Source: Octopus vulgaris (lineage: Eukaryota). Taken from it: a stretch of 64,000 nt of DNA. Of the stretch, positions 1-15,365 are shown in pieces. Positions within the stretch are counted from its first letter, which is position 1, and every line of letters begins with the position of its first letter. Below the pieces are notes generated by a model that did no database searches, was not told where the DNA came from, and saw nothing but the letters and a program-made list of their open reading frames with translations. Position numbers and translations under genes: made by a program. The stretch lies in assembly GCA_951406725.2 (NCBI GenBank), contig OX597814.1, forward strand, positions 86,180,001 through 86,244,000. Direction: 5' to 3'.

Positions 1-580
1 TTTTCACATGGAAGCTACACTTGGAACTCTTTCGCTTGAGAACATTTGATGGACATTCCCGATGCAACATCATATTGACATTCCATCTTCACTGATACCT
101 CCTTTCCATCTTGAAACTTTTCCCCAGCTCCTCACTTACAACCCCCAGATTTTCTGGAAAGAAATCCAAAAGGGCATGTAGAAAATTAACTTTAATGCCC
201 ATTTTACATCGTAAGAACCCGATCTTTTCCAGCAGATACGTTATACATACGTGACTTTGTAAAGCACGTCTTTTTCTCTTCAGTGCTTACGGTTAACCAA
301 AGTTAGTGATGCAGGCACCATTCTTTGTAGCTGAAGTGGTTTAAACGTTATTAGATGCTTACTTTTCAAAATTACGCTTTTAGTTATACTATCAAATTCT
401 ATTTGAATATAGCAGTTAATAGTAATAATAAAATACAATAGCAAAATGCGGGCATAATGATAAAATGCAAAGATCGATTTTGTGAAAAAATTTACGTAAT
501 AGGACAAATTCTCTGTAAGTTTTAAAATCAGCGAGTAAAAGTTGATCAGTTTCACCCAATTTTTTCATCGCAGATCTGTG
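1..580 (-). mobile_element. Degenerate, internally deleted DNA transposon, probably Chapaev3-like
   Basis: Minus strand of about 100-230 reads ...CKMGIKVNFLHALLDFFPENLGVVSEE, resembling the HFLHSHLDFFPENLGAVSDE transposase motif; candidate terminus CACAGATCTG at 580. Confidence 0.45.
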
Positions 581-651
581 TCATAGTTCCAGGCGGAGCA
601 ATGCCTTGTGAGTGAATTCCGCAGAAACTGTGTGAGCTCGTCGGAGATGTG

Positions 652-691
<40 letters not shown>

Positions 692-838
692 CGCGAGTTT
701 CTACTCGCCGTCACTTAATAACGGTGTTGGTTTGTTTACATTCCTTGTCAGTATATATAAATGTGTGCTTAAGCGGCTTTAAGGATTTTAACGCTTATTT
801 CTAGCAATACAGGTGCTATTAAGCACCCTCAGTCACAA

Positions 839-887
<49 letters not shown>

Positions 888-1106
888 TTAGTGTAGGATC
901 AGCAAAAACAGTATGTATATATGTGTGTGTAAATGTTTGTGTATCGGTGGTGGTGTGTTTACGTCCCTGTAACTTAGCGGTTCGGCCAAAGCACCAATAG
1001 AATAAGTACTAGGCTTACAAAGATTAAGACCTGGGATCGATTTGCTCGACTAAAGGCGCTCTTATTTTAATATTATATACAATTTTAATATTGTGTACAG
1101 TAAATG

Positions 1107-1214
<108 letters not shown>

Positions 1215-1538
1215 CAGCGGACAGGCCGGAGGCAATGAGGGTAATGGATTTTTGGAACTAGAAGTCACCTTAAAGATCGTGAAGATGAGCGTAGGAAAAA
1301 AATTGGAGACGATATAAGCACCCTACCAACAATGTTGAACTAATAAGAAAACGCCACCCCTAAGTTCCCCTATTTCCATCATTGAGTGGGTGTTTTATCT
1401 ACATGTATGTATGTATGTATGTATGTATGTATGTATGTATGTATGTATGTATGTATGTATGTATGTATGTATGTATACACGCACACTCAATTATACCGAT
1501 ATATATATATAAATATATACAGCGAGAAAGAGTGAGAA

Positions 1539-1596
<58 letters not shown>

Positions 1597-2160
1597 CAAA
1601 GGATGAACGGACGAGCTAATGGAGAAACATCACTATCATATCAAAGAGCGCGCGTGCACACGCAATGCGCGCGTGCTCGCATACGAATGGCATTCTACTT
1701 ATTGAAGCATATACCCGTACATTAATATTTTCCCTTCTAGTAAAAGCAGTAGCAGCAGCAAAATTATCAGTTCTTGGGATGGTGGAGAGTGTGGCTGATG
1801 GTGGTGATGGTGGTGATGGCGGTGGCGTTGTTACCGTTGTAATTTTAACATCATTCGTAAAAAGCCGAGATTCAGATTCCATTAAGTTGTGAATATTTAA
1901 AGAGTCGGTGCATCAAATGAAATTCAATGAAAGTCAGCAGCCAATCAGCTTCCACGACCTATATGTGTGTGCGTGTGTGTCTGTGTCTGTGTGTGTGCGT
2001 GCCTGCGTGCGTGCGTGGGTGTGTATGTGTGTGCCTATTTGTGTGTATGCTCGTGTGGTGTGTGAGTGTATGTATGTGCACTTGTGCATGTGTGAGTGTG
2101 TACGTCAGCTTTGATGTTTGTTCATTTCTATGTATGTCAATGGTTTTCAGTGTGTGCATG

Positions 2161-2235
<75 letters not shown>

Positions 2236-2502
2236 ATGTATCTATATCTATATAATATTTATATTTACTTGTTTTCTATATATATACATATATATATAAC
2301 ATGTAAATATAAACATTATATATATATACACACAGACACAGTATATACAAATAGGCACATATATATACAAAATGTAATACATAATATATACATATGTGTG
2401 TGTACACGTGCGTGTGTATGTATATATAATGGTTGCATTAAGTATATGTGTGTGTGTGCATGTGTGCATATACATGTGTCTGAAGATCCTGTGTATGTAT
2501 GT

Positions 2503-2644
<142 letters not shown>

Positions 2645-2793
2645 GAATTATTATTGTGGAAGTATTATTTTGCGGAAGTGTATGCGGATATTATGTTTGT
2701 ACGTTATTGTAAATGAATGTGTGTTGGTTGTGCGTTACTTTGTGTCTGTGCGTTAGCTTCTGTGTTTGTGCATATGTGAGATGTGTGTGCGTA

Positions 2794-2857
<64 letters not shown>

Positions 2858-3216
2858 GAAACGCTTCACTACTCAGTCCTCCATGTAGTATTAAAATACA
2901 AGTTTCGGGTGGGTGGGGCCTTGCAATTTGAAAAGAAGTAAACAGTAAATAAAGACGAAAAGAAAGAGTGAATAAATGACAGAATAAATGATTGATAGAT
3001 TGAATAAAAGAAAGGAAACAAAAAAACAAAAAAAACGAACATCACCGCCATAACTGTTATCTCTACCAACGCCGCTGTCGACCCAGCAGTGGTGTGGTAA
3101 TCAGTTTATCTGTGTATTTCATCTGCCGGCAACTTAGTGTTGACGACACATGCGCCCTCTGGCAGAACAATATAGTACTAGCATCTATAATGATTGAATT
3201 GTTTCAAGTAGTTGTG

Positions 3217-3265
<49 letters not shown>

Positions 3266-3277
3266 TCTCTCTCTCTA

Positions 3278-3309
<32 letters not shown>

Positions 3310-3559
3310 TCCTCTCTCTCCCTCCTTTCCCTGTAATATTTTAATATTGTTGTTCTTTATTTCATATTCGAGCTCAGAAGCAACATAATAAAATGGAAAT
3401 TCTACAGACGCACACACATGCACACGCATGCACACACACACACACACACACACATACATGCACGTACGCACGCATGCACACACTCACTCGCAAACAGATA
3501 CATACATGCATACATACATACATACATACATACATACATACATACATACATACATACAT

Positions 3560-3590
<31 letters not shown>

Positions 3591-4541
3591 GTAAACAGTA
3601 ATATTTAATGATTATAATAATAATCTTTTCTACTATACGTACAAGGTCAGAAATTTGAGGTAGAGGGCTGGTCGATTGCATCGACCCCAGCTTTCAACTG
3701 GTACTTATTTCATCGACCTCAAAAGAATGAAAGGCAAAGTCGAATTCACAACGTAAAGTGCCTGAAGAAATACAGCATGATCGTTTCTGACTTAGGTACA
3801 AAGCCATCAATTTTCAGGAGTATATTATTTTATCGATGCACTCTCTTTAAAAATAAGGACACATTGGATAATACGGTCCTAAATGCATTTGTCTGAAAAC
3901 GACAAAATATAAGACATTGATTACTAGAATATTGACCTCTGGCTAAAGAACTGCAGATCGTCGATTGACCTGGGGCTAAACAATTTCAACAATTTATCTA
4001 GTAACGAAAGAGTTTTTACGTAGTCGTTTGATCGGCTGGAAATAGCAGTCAAATCTTGAACCTACACTATGCAATTAAAACTATAAAGAATGTGTTGGGG
4101 GCATGTTTTCCCATAGACTGTCTCTGAAAATGAAAGAACGTGATAGTCACGACTGGAATGCGATTGGTCATAATCTTGCACAAACATGTCTGCCCTGTTG
4201 GTTAAACAACAAAACAATTGTAACAACATTATTCTGGTCAACTCGAAACCTTATATGTAACGTTGTATTGTATATTGTCAGGCATGCTACTGTGAAATTA
4301 CCTCCCCTCCCAATTATTGATACGTGTTCCCTGCACTCGCCATCATCTCACAAACCGGTCAATTCAAATGCAGAATCAACCTTCACATTGACATCCACCA
4401 CAAGCACACTTGAAACCTAGAAGCCATACTAAACTGTTCGTCCAAATAATTAGTTTATATATATATATATTAAAGCAATTCTTCTGACATACCAGACATG
4501 ACATATCAGACACTCTCCCCCTCTCTCTTTCTTTCTTTCTT

Positions 4542-4600
<59 letters not shown>

Positions 4601-5075
4601 ACTCTCTCACTGTTTCCATCTGACAGACTGTCACAGATTATAATGGCATGAGACAGAAAGTGAGGCTGATCAAGAGGATATGACAGCTTTTGACAGTATA
4701 TGATATAATGTCGGAGAAAGCAAGAAAAATGTCACAGATGATTATGTAATTGAGAAAATAAAGGAAACATCTGAGATATCGAGAAGTAAGAACGGAATAA
4801 TCTAGTGCGAACATGTCCGAATTCTGAAATTATTGGACACGAATTTTCAGTGTACAAACTCATAGTTGTTTATATGATGATGATGATAGTGATGCTGATG
4901 CTGATGATGATATGTGTGTGTGTGTGTGTGTATACTTTTATTAAAGCTGCAAAATTTTCACAAAAGTGTTACTCAATAGCTTCACGTTCCGTTCGTCGGA
5001 CAGTCGTGATGAATACAACTGGCCGACGAACGGGAACGTGAAACTTTGTATGTGTGTGTGCATGTGTGTGTGTGT

Positions 5076-5133
<58 letters not shown>

Positions 5134-5453
5134 GCGCGTGAAGTTTTGTGGCCTAGTGAAGTTTTGTGGCACACGCGATCACAAGATCATGGTTTCGATT
5201 ATAGGACCAGGCGGTGTTTTGTGTTCTTTAGAGTATACTTCGTTTTACGTTGCTCAACAAACATTGTGACATCTGACAAATAGCCCACCGTGCACATGTG
5301 CAGTCAACGTCGATTTGATGGAAGAAGAGAGAGGCACATTTCATCATGTACAAGCATGAACATGATCATACTTATTGACATGCCGACTAGATCTGTTTGA
5401 CTCACGCTGATAATGATGTTTCTTTATCTATAAATAAGCTAATCTTCTTCATA

Positions 5454-5937
5454 CAGTGATCCTTCGTTACTTCGCGGTTTCACGACTTCGCGGATTTTAA
5501 AAATATATATATATGAACGCCTAAAATTTTTCATTACATCCATTAAAATATTAATAATAAATATTATCTCCTAGTCTAGGAACAACAAAACAAGCGTAAA
5601 ATAGCAAAAAAGCAGATATATGGATATTTGAACTTAAGACGGGCTGTGATTGGTGCAATGGAGAGAGACGACAAATCACAGCTTTCTATTTTGTAATCTG
5701 GCCTGTGTAACAGTAACAATCTTTATTTTCTTTAAATCTAAAGTGCTATTGCTTAACAGTTGTCCTTGTTATTAATAGACTACTGTAATGGGTGGCTTGT
5801 TAACAGTACAGGGAGGGTTTTAAAAGTCCAAATACACGTTAAATAAATACTGTAAATATGGTGTCCCTACTTCGCGGAAATTCAGTCATCGCGGCCGGTC
5901 TCGGAACCAATCTACCGCGATAAACGAGGGATCGCTG
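5454..5937. mobile_element. Tigger/pogo-type MITE
   Basis: TIRs CAGTGATCCTTCGTTACTTCGCGG / CCGCGATAAACGAGGGATCGCTG with TA on both sides. Confidence 0.8.
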
Positions 5938-6879
5938 TATATGCAAACACGCGCGCGCACACATATATGTAAGTGTGTGTATATGTATATATGTGTGTCG
6001 CTTCTTACAGCATTAAGAGTTTTTAACTCTTATTTCTTGCAATATAAGTGCTTCAACAGCCTCTGTCACAGTTAGTGACGATACATTTTTTCCTTTGTGG
6101 TATCATATTGCGCCTAGCTGTTTATATTAATTTTTAATATACTCATTAAATTTATAGATGCAAATACATAAAGTATTTATAGATGCAAGTATTTATAGAT
6201 GCGAGTACATAATGTAGATTCGTAATTCACCTGTATTACAATACTTTAAGTAAAAACCCAATAACTTTTGTTTATAAAGTAAGATAAATAGTCTTGTCAT
6301 CTTTTTATTTCAATAACTGCAAGCCCAATAAATATTTTTGATATAAGACAAGAATTTTCTTACAGATTTCGTGTTTTTCTAATTCACCATCCAATTGTCA
6401 CGATTACAAGTTACACATGCACGCATGCATGCATGCATGCGTCCATCCACCCATTCATCCATCCTCCATACATACATACATACATACATACATACATACA
6501 TACATACACACACGTGTATGATATATAATATATATATTATATACATGTATGTATATAATTGTATATATATATATATAATCTTTATTCTTTTATCCTTTTA
6601 TTTGACTGCGGCCATGCTAGAGCACTGCCTTTAGTCGAGTAAATCGACCTCAGGACTTGTTCTTTGTAAGCCTAGTACTTATTCTATCGGTCGAACCGCT
6701 AAGTTACGGGGACGTAAACACACCAACATCGGTTGTCAAGCGATGTAAAAAGCGCGCAATATGTATATATATGTATGTATGCATACGTATATACATACAT
6801 ACACACACACAAGCAAACATATATATATACATACATACATTCATACATACATACATACATACATACATACATACATACA

Positions 6880-6911
<32 letters not shown>

Positions 6912-7232
6912 CACATACATACATACATGCATACATACATATATGCGTGTGTTTGTATATATAAGATTAACTCATATGTGTGTGTGTGCATGTGTGTGTG
7001 TGTGTGTGTGCACGCGTGTGTGTGTGCGCATGTGTGTTTGTGTGTCTGTGTTTGCCCCTACCCTCCCACAAGCTTCGCTTGACAACCGATGCTAGTGTGT
7101 TTACGTCCCCGTAACTTAGCGGTATGGCAACAGAAACCGATAGAATAAATCCTGGGGGCGATTTAATCGACTAAATGTGGTGCTCTAGCATGGCCGCAGT
7201 CAAATAAATGAAACAAATAGAAGTATAAAAAA

Positions 7233-7281
<49 letters not shown>

Positions 7282-7394
7282 TGCAGGCGTGGTAAGAAGA
7301 AAAAATTTAATATACGTTGTTTTTCACGTGGAATTAGCGTCTCGGTCACAAAGTACCGCGGGTCAGTGTTTTCCTATGATTACTAAGCCAATAC

Positions 7395-7546
7395 CAGAGG
7401 CGTAGCTAGTGTTTGTGCCGCCCAGGGCAGCTCTTAAGTTTACCGCTTCCATCCCAAGCGCTATACAGGGTTATATAGCAGACCCAAAAGTCCCAACCCT
7501 ATAAAACCACCACCTGGGGTAGTCCGTCCCATTAATTACGCTACTG
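7395..7546. mobile_element. Small MITE
   Basis: Imperfect TIRs CAGAGGCGTAGCTA / TAATTACGCTACTG. Confidence 0.5.
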
Positions 7547-7635
7547 AACCAGCACGGTGACATATTAGAATAAAACTAGTTATTCACCATCCAAACTTTA
7601 ATTAACACCTGTCTCTATTAACATCTCTACTTCAG

Positions 7636-7792
7636 GCCTCTTTCTACCCATATCCTTCGGCGATGTATGAAGAAGACTTGATCAGTCAACGAGCGAGAGC
7701 CTTCCCTTTGAGCCATGGACTTATGTCAGCACCTCAAGCTTTCTCATTCGGTTTCTCCGTGCATCCAGCACATGACCCGATGTCCTTGACAG
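7636..7792 (+). CDS. T-box gene, N-terminal exon (possible start ATG at 7663)
   Basis: ttcag acceptor, open frame ASFYPYPSAMYEEDLISQRARAFPLSHGLMSAPQAFSFGFSVHPAHDPMSLT, ends in phase 1 at G|gtaagt; phase matches the next exon (G+TT = Val). Confidence 0.75.
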
Positions 7793-7959
7793 GTAAGTTA
7801 AATACTCTTTTCCCATGAAATTTTATATCAATTCTATCCATCCATCCAAGATCTCTGCCAAATATTCCTAGGTGGGATTCGTTGCAGGGGTAGAGATTTT
7901 TGGCACCTCTCCAAAAGGTCTTATCAGAAGCAACCATCATTAAACTTTCCTAATGGATC

Positions 7960-8770
7960 CCCGTGTGTGACCAACTGTGACTATGGATATTATCTAACCG
8001 TTTCCCTTTTTGTCTACCCCTACATCTCCTGTCTGTTGGCTCGGCTTCAGGAATCCATCTTGCGATTCTTCCTGCAACATCCTAATCAGGTAATTCTCAA
8101 ACATATTTCAGTATATATATTAGTAGCTAAATATCATTTGGAAGCTAAACGATACCTTTTTGAACTCATTCACTTCTTTTGAGGATTTCATTACTTGCAA
8201 GTTTGAAAACTGAAGTAGTTACTACATTTCTTGCGCAATTTATCCATTGACCAAGAACATCACAATGGAACAAACCTCGAAGTTTTCAATCTTTATAAAA
8301 CTTTTGTTGAAACTTCGATAATAGTTGGTATCTTAATTCGACAAGGTATCTTATATTTAGTATTAGACGGTCGTGGTGGTAGAGCCCTCAGGCACGTCTT
8401 CCATAGAGTCATATCAGAAGTAATCATTACACTTTCCTGGTGCTTTCCCAAATTTGGCCAGATGAAACTATGGATATTATCCAAACATCTCGTTCTTCAT
8501 CTACCACTAGGTCTCCCTCCAGTTGGCTCGGCTTGAAGAATCCGTCTTACGATTCTTTCCTGTGACATCCTAATATCTGTAGCTGTGACCGCTCATTGCG
8601 GTGAAGTAACGGCTCAATCTAGAGAGACTTCCTGATCTCCGAGCTACGCACCCTGTCGGATAACGTTACTTCCTTCGGAGAAATCCCATCTCAGCTACAT
8701 GTGTTCACGATCATGCACTTTTGGTCATTACCCAGTATGCATGGCCATACGTGAGAATAGGCACGAAAAC
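7960..8770 (-). mobile_element. Two decayed RTE-type LINE 3' fragments (about 7960-8090 and 8360-8770)
   Basis: Minus strand shows PILTYGH..., AEMGFLRR, RMSQERIVRRILQAEPTGGRP with stops; 7990-8090 repeats the AEPT region. Confidence 0.6.
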
Positions 8771-10276
8771 TTTATCTTTTTTTTTTTTTACTAGCCTCTC
8801 ATCTTCTAAAGATTGAATAAAAGTAGTGTGTCGTGAAGTGTATACGTTTGAAAGGTTTCTTTATTGCCTTCTTTCAAATGGTGAAGGAACTGACTGTTAG
8901 TTACTACATCAAACGGAATCTAGGGGCATAAAAAAATTATAATATAATAATAATGATATAAAAAACAGAAAAAGTCACGGGAAAAATTCAATAAATAACT
9001 GATTCAACGTGAGGTGAGGCTTTTTCTTGTTGCATTTTTTTTGTTTTTTATAAAACGTGATTTTTTTTCTTTTGGTTCACATACGCGTAATGGCGGCTAT
9101 TGTATAAATTGTGTTGTCATTGTGCACAAGTCAGGAATTGCTAGTTAATAAACGGCTTAAAATATTTGTTTAATTACTTTATTATTTATGGGATTTAAAT
9201 GAAATGTGACATTTTCTTTCTGTCATTTCTTTTTGTCCTAACCAAAATTATGGCGTATTCTGAGTGACTTTATTTCCGTTCATTATTAAACCATCCCTGA
9301 GATGCTACGCCATTTTGTAAATGCAATGCACATTTAATGAACGGCGAACTCGTTGTTGTTGTAGTTGTTGTTAAAAGGCTTGAACAAGCAGATCTATGAC
9401 CAAAGGCATTCAAGCCATGAACATTCCGTTTATTATTTCGGGTATAGCATATATAGAACTACATTATCCAACGTGTCCATTTTAAAATACTAATGTAATT
9501 TTAGCGTGTTTTAGCTGCTATTTCTTGCAGATCCAAAAACCACATCGGGACTTCCACGTTGCCTTACGAATGATAGAGCTGCGTAAAGTGTAGAACGAGT
9601 CACTGTGAAATTAATACTCCTTAGTTGCATGTAACAGTTAAAATGGCAACATGTTTCAATACCTCCCTTAACTGTGTCACAATGGGGCAAAAACATGATT
9701 TAAAATGCAAACACAAAATTACAGGCTTTTATTTCTCTATCTCTAAAATGTAAGGCCCTCGTCACTAGTTTTAAAAATAAACTATTGTTTAAAAGTTGCA
9801 TTAAGATGGCGAGATGGTGCGCTTAACAAAATGCATATTGTTATTTCTTCCGATTCTTTACGTTCACAATTCAAAAATTCTCTGAAGTTCCAAATTCTTC
9901 TTTCGGGATCGATAAAGTATGTACCAGTTGATCACTGGGGTCAATGTAATTGACCTACATCAATTTCTAAAGTTTCAGGTTTTGTGCTTATACTAGAATT
10001 TACAGGCTACATTCACTTTATCAAAAGTGCGTACCTGCTGACAGTCGAACCAGTCTTCTCAGTTTACACCTCAAAAAGCGAAAACAATGAATATCTCTCA
10101 GTTGAAGAAGTGTCAATTCCTATTCAGTCGGAAGAATTGCCTGGCAGAAAACACTGAAGCCTACCCTTCGGTATTTTAGACTTACTTTCTTATAGAATTG
10201 ATAGAAAGATGATGGGAGAGTATCCATAGACACGCACGTGCACACATACACACACATACACACACATGCGCAAATA

Positions 10277-10328
<52 letters not shown>

Positions 10329-11494
10329 TTCTCTTTTTCTCTCTCGCACATCATCCACAAAAGTACAATAGGGTTCCGCTAGGATACACTTGAAAACATG
10401 CACATATACCTGTTTCAAATTTTGGCAGAAGACCAGCAATTTAGAGGTAGGGGCTAGACGATACAATTGATTTCACTACTTTACCGGTACTTAATTTTAT
10501 CGACCACGAAAAATGGAAAGGCAAATTTTGCCAACCTCGGTGGAATTAAAACTCAGAACGGAAAAAGTCGGAAAAAATACCGCAATTTTTGTTCGACACA
10601 CAAACGACTCTGCTAGGTCCCTGCCTTTTTTTTCTTTCAAATTTTTACACAAGGCCAGTAATGTTAGGAGAGAGGCTGAGTTAATTACATTGAGCCTATT
10701 GTTCAGTTCGTACTTATTTTATCGAACTCCAAAGGATAAAACGTAGAACCAAGATCGGCGGAATTTGAACTCAGAACACAAAGAGCCAGAAATGCTGCTA
10801 AGCATTTTCTATGCCTGTCTAACGATTCTGCCAGCTCGTCGCATACATGTACACATATAATAAACACACAAGACTTGCACACATGCAAACACAGATACAA
10901 GAACAAAGATACATAGATAACACTTCCACACACACAGATAGAAGAATTGAAACACATACACACACAAGTGGAATACTGCATTCACACACACACACATACA
11001 CACAACTGAGAAACACAAATATTCTTATAAGCCTGCATCACACTCATATAAATATTCAAATGCACATGTGCGTACGCATGTGTACATGAAAGTACATGAA
11101 AGTGCACGCACATGAGATGCATACACATGCACACAAGATATATAGAGACACAACACTCACACAAACCGAACATATATCACAAGCACAGAGAGAGAGAAAA
11201 TAAGCTCACATAATACAGATACAACACACACACACACATACACACACAATACATTCAAGCAGACACACGTACAAGAAAAATAAATACATACATACAATTC
11301 CATACAAAGAGAAAAGCACACGCAGGGCAAATGGACAAGATATTCGCAATCAGGAAAAGGAAGAACGCACGCATAGAGAAAATCATACACACTACACGAA
11401 AAAGAGTCTAACAAACGGCATAAAATACACACATACACACACACATACAACATGCACGAGCAAAAATCTAATAGACAACGCAAAACACACACAT

Positions 11495-11529
<35 letters not shown>

Positions 11530-11742
11530 TGCACATAGACGCTGTGCTCATATCTTCAGTCGGCTGCCGTCAAATATACAGCGGCCATCGATCATATTTG
11601 AACCATTCTTGCTCGAGAAAACAAGATAAATGGTGCAAAAACTGACGACAATGAACAAAGGCAACTGTTGTTCCAATCATGGCCTCTTTACTGATACGCA
11701 TTGGCTTGGTTTTAGTTTTATTGACGTTGCTATTTGATTTAT

Positions 11743-11806
<64 letters not shown>

Positions 11807-12213
11807 ATACATGTGTGTGTGTTTTGTAAATTGTTAAGCTATTCCACTTCACTTCATTGGAGAGTTACTCTCTCGCTCTTTCTCCCTTTTCTCTCCTCCT
11901 CCTCCTTCTTTCACTACTAGACTGACACCATTTCAATACACGTATGGCCTTTCTTTATCCATGACTCTCTATCTCTCTCTATTTCTATCTCTCTCTATCT
12001 CTATCTCTATCTATCTATCTGATTTCAACTGGACTATTTATTATTGCTGCCTGGAGCTGGCACGCCAATCGTCGTAAAGTCGATCGGTCGAAGTCTGATA
12101 GGTCGTAAGTCGATGACGACCTGTATATACACATTGAAGTTTTACTATAGCGTCGTAAATGTATCGATTGCTACTTCCAGTAAACATTGGAGCATTGTTG
12201 TACCACTACCCTA

Positions 12214-12253
<40 letters not shown>

Positions 12254-12389
12254 GGTAGTGGTACAACAATGCTCCAATGTTTACTGGAAGTATCAATCGA
12301 TACATTTACGATTCTATATAATAAAACTTCAATGTGTATATTTACAGGTCGTCATCGACTTACGACCTATCATATATACATATACATAC

Positions 12390-12576
<187 letters not shown>

Positions 12577-13037
12577 GGTCATGATAACCAGCTCATCCGG
12601 TCAACAGAACAACCTAATTGTGAAACTAACGCGCAAGTGGCTGAGTATTTCACAGACATGCGTACCGTTAATGTAGTTCTCTTGGGAATTCAGTGTGACA
12701 CAGAATGTGACATTGCTGTCCCTTTGAATTAAAAGTACAACTCGTTTGTGCCAGCTGAGTACGTATACACCCCCCACACACACACACACACATGCACATA
12801 CACTCATACATATATACGTTCATACATGTATTATGTTCATAATATACTTACACATTTTTATATACATATATTACATACTCACAAACACACACTCGCACAT
12901 ATAGGCACAAGCATGGCTGTGTGGTCCGACTGTGTGGCACTTTGGAAATAATGAGTTGTAATGTAGCCTCGGGTCGAGACTATAGCAAATTTAGTAACTC
13001 TTTGGAAATCAATCTAGTATATTTCTGAGTGTGTGTA

Positions 13038-13134
<97 letters not shown>

Positions 13135-13571
13135 CATTTTACGCATGCTCTCCGTTAGAAGCGGTATTGCTTGGTTATGTCCTGCACCGCACCTTAGCAT
13201 TCCGACAAATAGGTTTCGATACAATAAGTACCAGGTTTGAAGGTACGTGCAGGGATCGATATGATTGACTAAACCAGTCACGAGCAACCTACAGCCTACG
13301 GGACTTTCTGAATGGTACGCCTATCGAAACATTAACTTTAAGTTGTTTTTTGTTTATTTTATATATTTTGGGGGTGAGTGTGGCCCGTCTGATGATAATC
13401 CATATCTTATTCTCGAAATATGGTTGCTCATGCTTAGATTAAATACATGAAGGCATTACCTAAGATTGTCCGCAGTCCAATAATTCAAACCAGTAAATGT
13501 GTGTGTGTATGTTAAATGCATGAGTGTGTTTTAGCTTTTATCTTTTCTATTATAAAACCCATCTTTATTAT

Positions 13572-13671
<100 letters not shown>

Positions 13672-14676
13672 ATGTATGTATGTATGTATGTATACATATG
13701 TCTGTATATATGTCAATATATACGTATATATATAAATATAGATATATATACGGGTGTGTGTGATAGTGTATAGAAGAATATATTAATAAAACGGATTCCA
13801 ACCTTGTCTGATTTTCACGTTTTATTTACAATCTTATAATGATATAATATAAGATATTATAATAAAATAAAATAAAATAATAGAATGTTAAATGTTCATT
13901 CTGATTGAACTAGTACTTTCATGCATTAAATTCTGCAATCTTCAGGTTCAAGTAGTAGTGGTGACAGTCATGCTTCACAATTTTTGACTGATATATACAT
14001 ATATATATAAATATATATATATATCTGTATATATATATGTGTGTGTGTGTATATATGTATGTATATATATTCTTATATATTATATATATACATACATGCA
14101 TATATATATATATGTGTGTATGTGTGTGTGTGTATGTATGTATGTATGTATGTATGTATGTACATTGTTCTTAGTCTATATTTCTTATCTCTTCGATATG
14201 GCACACACACACACACACACACACACACATCTTCCACTGTCTTCGTTACTCTGTAACGAACGAGCAATCTCGGCCGTAAATTTTCAAAAGTTCTCCCCAT
14301 CCCTCCTTCCTCCTCTCCTCTTTCTCTTCCTCCTCCTTCTTTTCCTCCTACTTCTTCCATTTCTGCTCCCTTCCACTCCAACCTTTCTATTTCTCACCGA
14401 CTTTGATTTTCTTATTACTCTCTTATTTATTTACTTATTTACTTTCAACGTCAGCATCATTATCACCACCACCACCACCATCAACAACAACAACAACACT
14501 TTCACTACCACCATTGTAATCAGCGCAACAATCATCATCACCTTTATCATCAATCATCATATTCATTGTCGTGTGCGCTTTTAGTCCCTTTTCACGTTAT
14601 TTTAAGCTTCAACACACACACACAGACACACTCACACACACACTAATACAATGATATACATACACAGTCACATACT

Positions 14677-14722
<46 letters not shown>

Positions 14723-15183
14723 TTCGCACACATACACACACACGAATACAATGACATACATACAACTGTCACGTACTCTCTCTCACTCACTCATACACAC
14801 ACGCACACACACACACACACACACACGCACGCACACACATACTTACTAGCAGCAGCACCTGCAGCAGCACCACGAAAAACAGTTAAAATAGCAGCAACAA
14901 CAACAACAACAACACAGGTAGCGGCATCAAGAAGAGACAATGAGGGATAATGCGCAATCGTTTGGCCTGCTAGAAATAGCAGCTAAATTGCCCTTAATAT
15001 CCTCACAGAAACTTCTTCAACTCATACCCTACCGTCTTAAATAAGCACAAGCTTTTTGCCAATGTCGTTAATCTAAGGATGTATTCTTTTCCTACTTTCT
15101 TCCCTTATTCCTGCCTTCCTTCCACGAATCTGGGAAGACCTGGAAAGAATTATTTGGCGCTGAGGTTCTCCCTCTATCTAAGT

Positions 15184-15365
15184 CAGTGCTTCTTAATATG
15201 GCCCTTGGGGGTCCGTTTAAGATTTTGTTGTTGAAATTTATCTACAATAAAACTGGTTATGCTTCTATAATACACAAAATATTTCAACAAATTATATGGG
15301 GATCCAGTAGAGTAAAACAGGAATCAGAAAGGTCCATAGGCAAAACAAATGGTTGGGGACCACTG
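15184..15365. mobile_element. hAT-like MITE
   Basis: Ends CAGTGCTTCTTAA ... GGTTGGGGACCACTG with typical GGGGTCC subterminal motifs. Confidence 0.5.

Noticed and set aside
1616-1892. Overlapping ORFs near a CG-rich patch as a possible first exon or promoter
   Set aside because: Low-complexity GGT/GCA repeats with no clear donor linking to 7636; cannot be supported
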